From contig CM082589.2 of assembly GCA_040954595.2 (NCBI GenBank), positions 8,192,232 through 8,256,231 of the forward strand: a stretch of DNA of 64,000 nucleotides, written 5' to 3'. The notes beneath the pieces are model-generated. The model was not told the DNA's origin. It did not search any database and saw only the letters and a program-made list of their open reading frames with translations. Position 1 is the stretch's first letter; each line of letters starts with the position of its first letter. The translations under genes and the position numbers were made by a program. Origin of the DNA: Balanoglossus misakiensis (taxonomy: Eukaryota > Animalia > Hemichordata). Positions 63,869 through 64,000 of this stretch are shown in pieces.

Positions 63869-64000
63869 ATCTTCCGTATTTTTGTCACTTTTTTATTTTA
63901 CAATATATGTGATCGGTCCCTCTTTGTTCAAGTAAACATGGTTACCCTCCAAATTCCCTTACATTCCCTCCAAAGTAATGGTACCGTCCTCGAAGTAGTA

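Overview
AT-rich animal genomic DNA with spliceosomal introns, probably from a marine invertebrate deuterostome (taxon is inference only). Seven protein-coding genes can be rebuilt by hand from splice sites and reading frames: (1) an 18-exon, 795-aa single-pass receptor (826-11710, +) with a signal peptide, four thrombospondin type-1 (TSP1) repeats and a Ret/FGFR/Cad96Ca-like tyrosine kinase domain that has lost the Gly-rich loop and the DFG motif, so it is a probable receptor pseudokinase; (2-3) two tandem Tcf21/musculin (MyoR) bHLH genes (-); (4) a TMEM200-family gene (-); (5) a GT32-type DXD glycosyltransferase (+); (6) a 118-aa two-exon type-I membrane protein I cannot assign to a family (-); (7) the large 3' exon of a NACHT/NLR-like gene (-). 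A roughly 400-bp 28S rRNA fragment is split at a TTAA by a 756-bp terminal-inverted-repeat (TIR) element with Kolobok-type ends. There is also a solo LTR just downstream of the first bHLH gene, plus many MITEs, palindromic elements and microsatellites. The top candidates for something new are the TSP1 receptor pseudokinase and the possibly rDNA-targeting TTAA transposon. All gene models are manual and have no transcript support.
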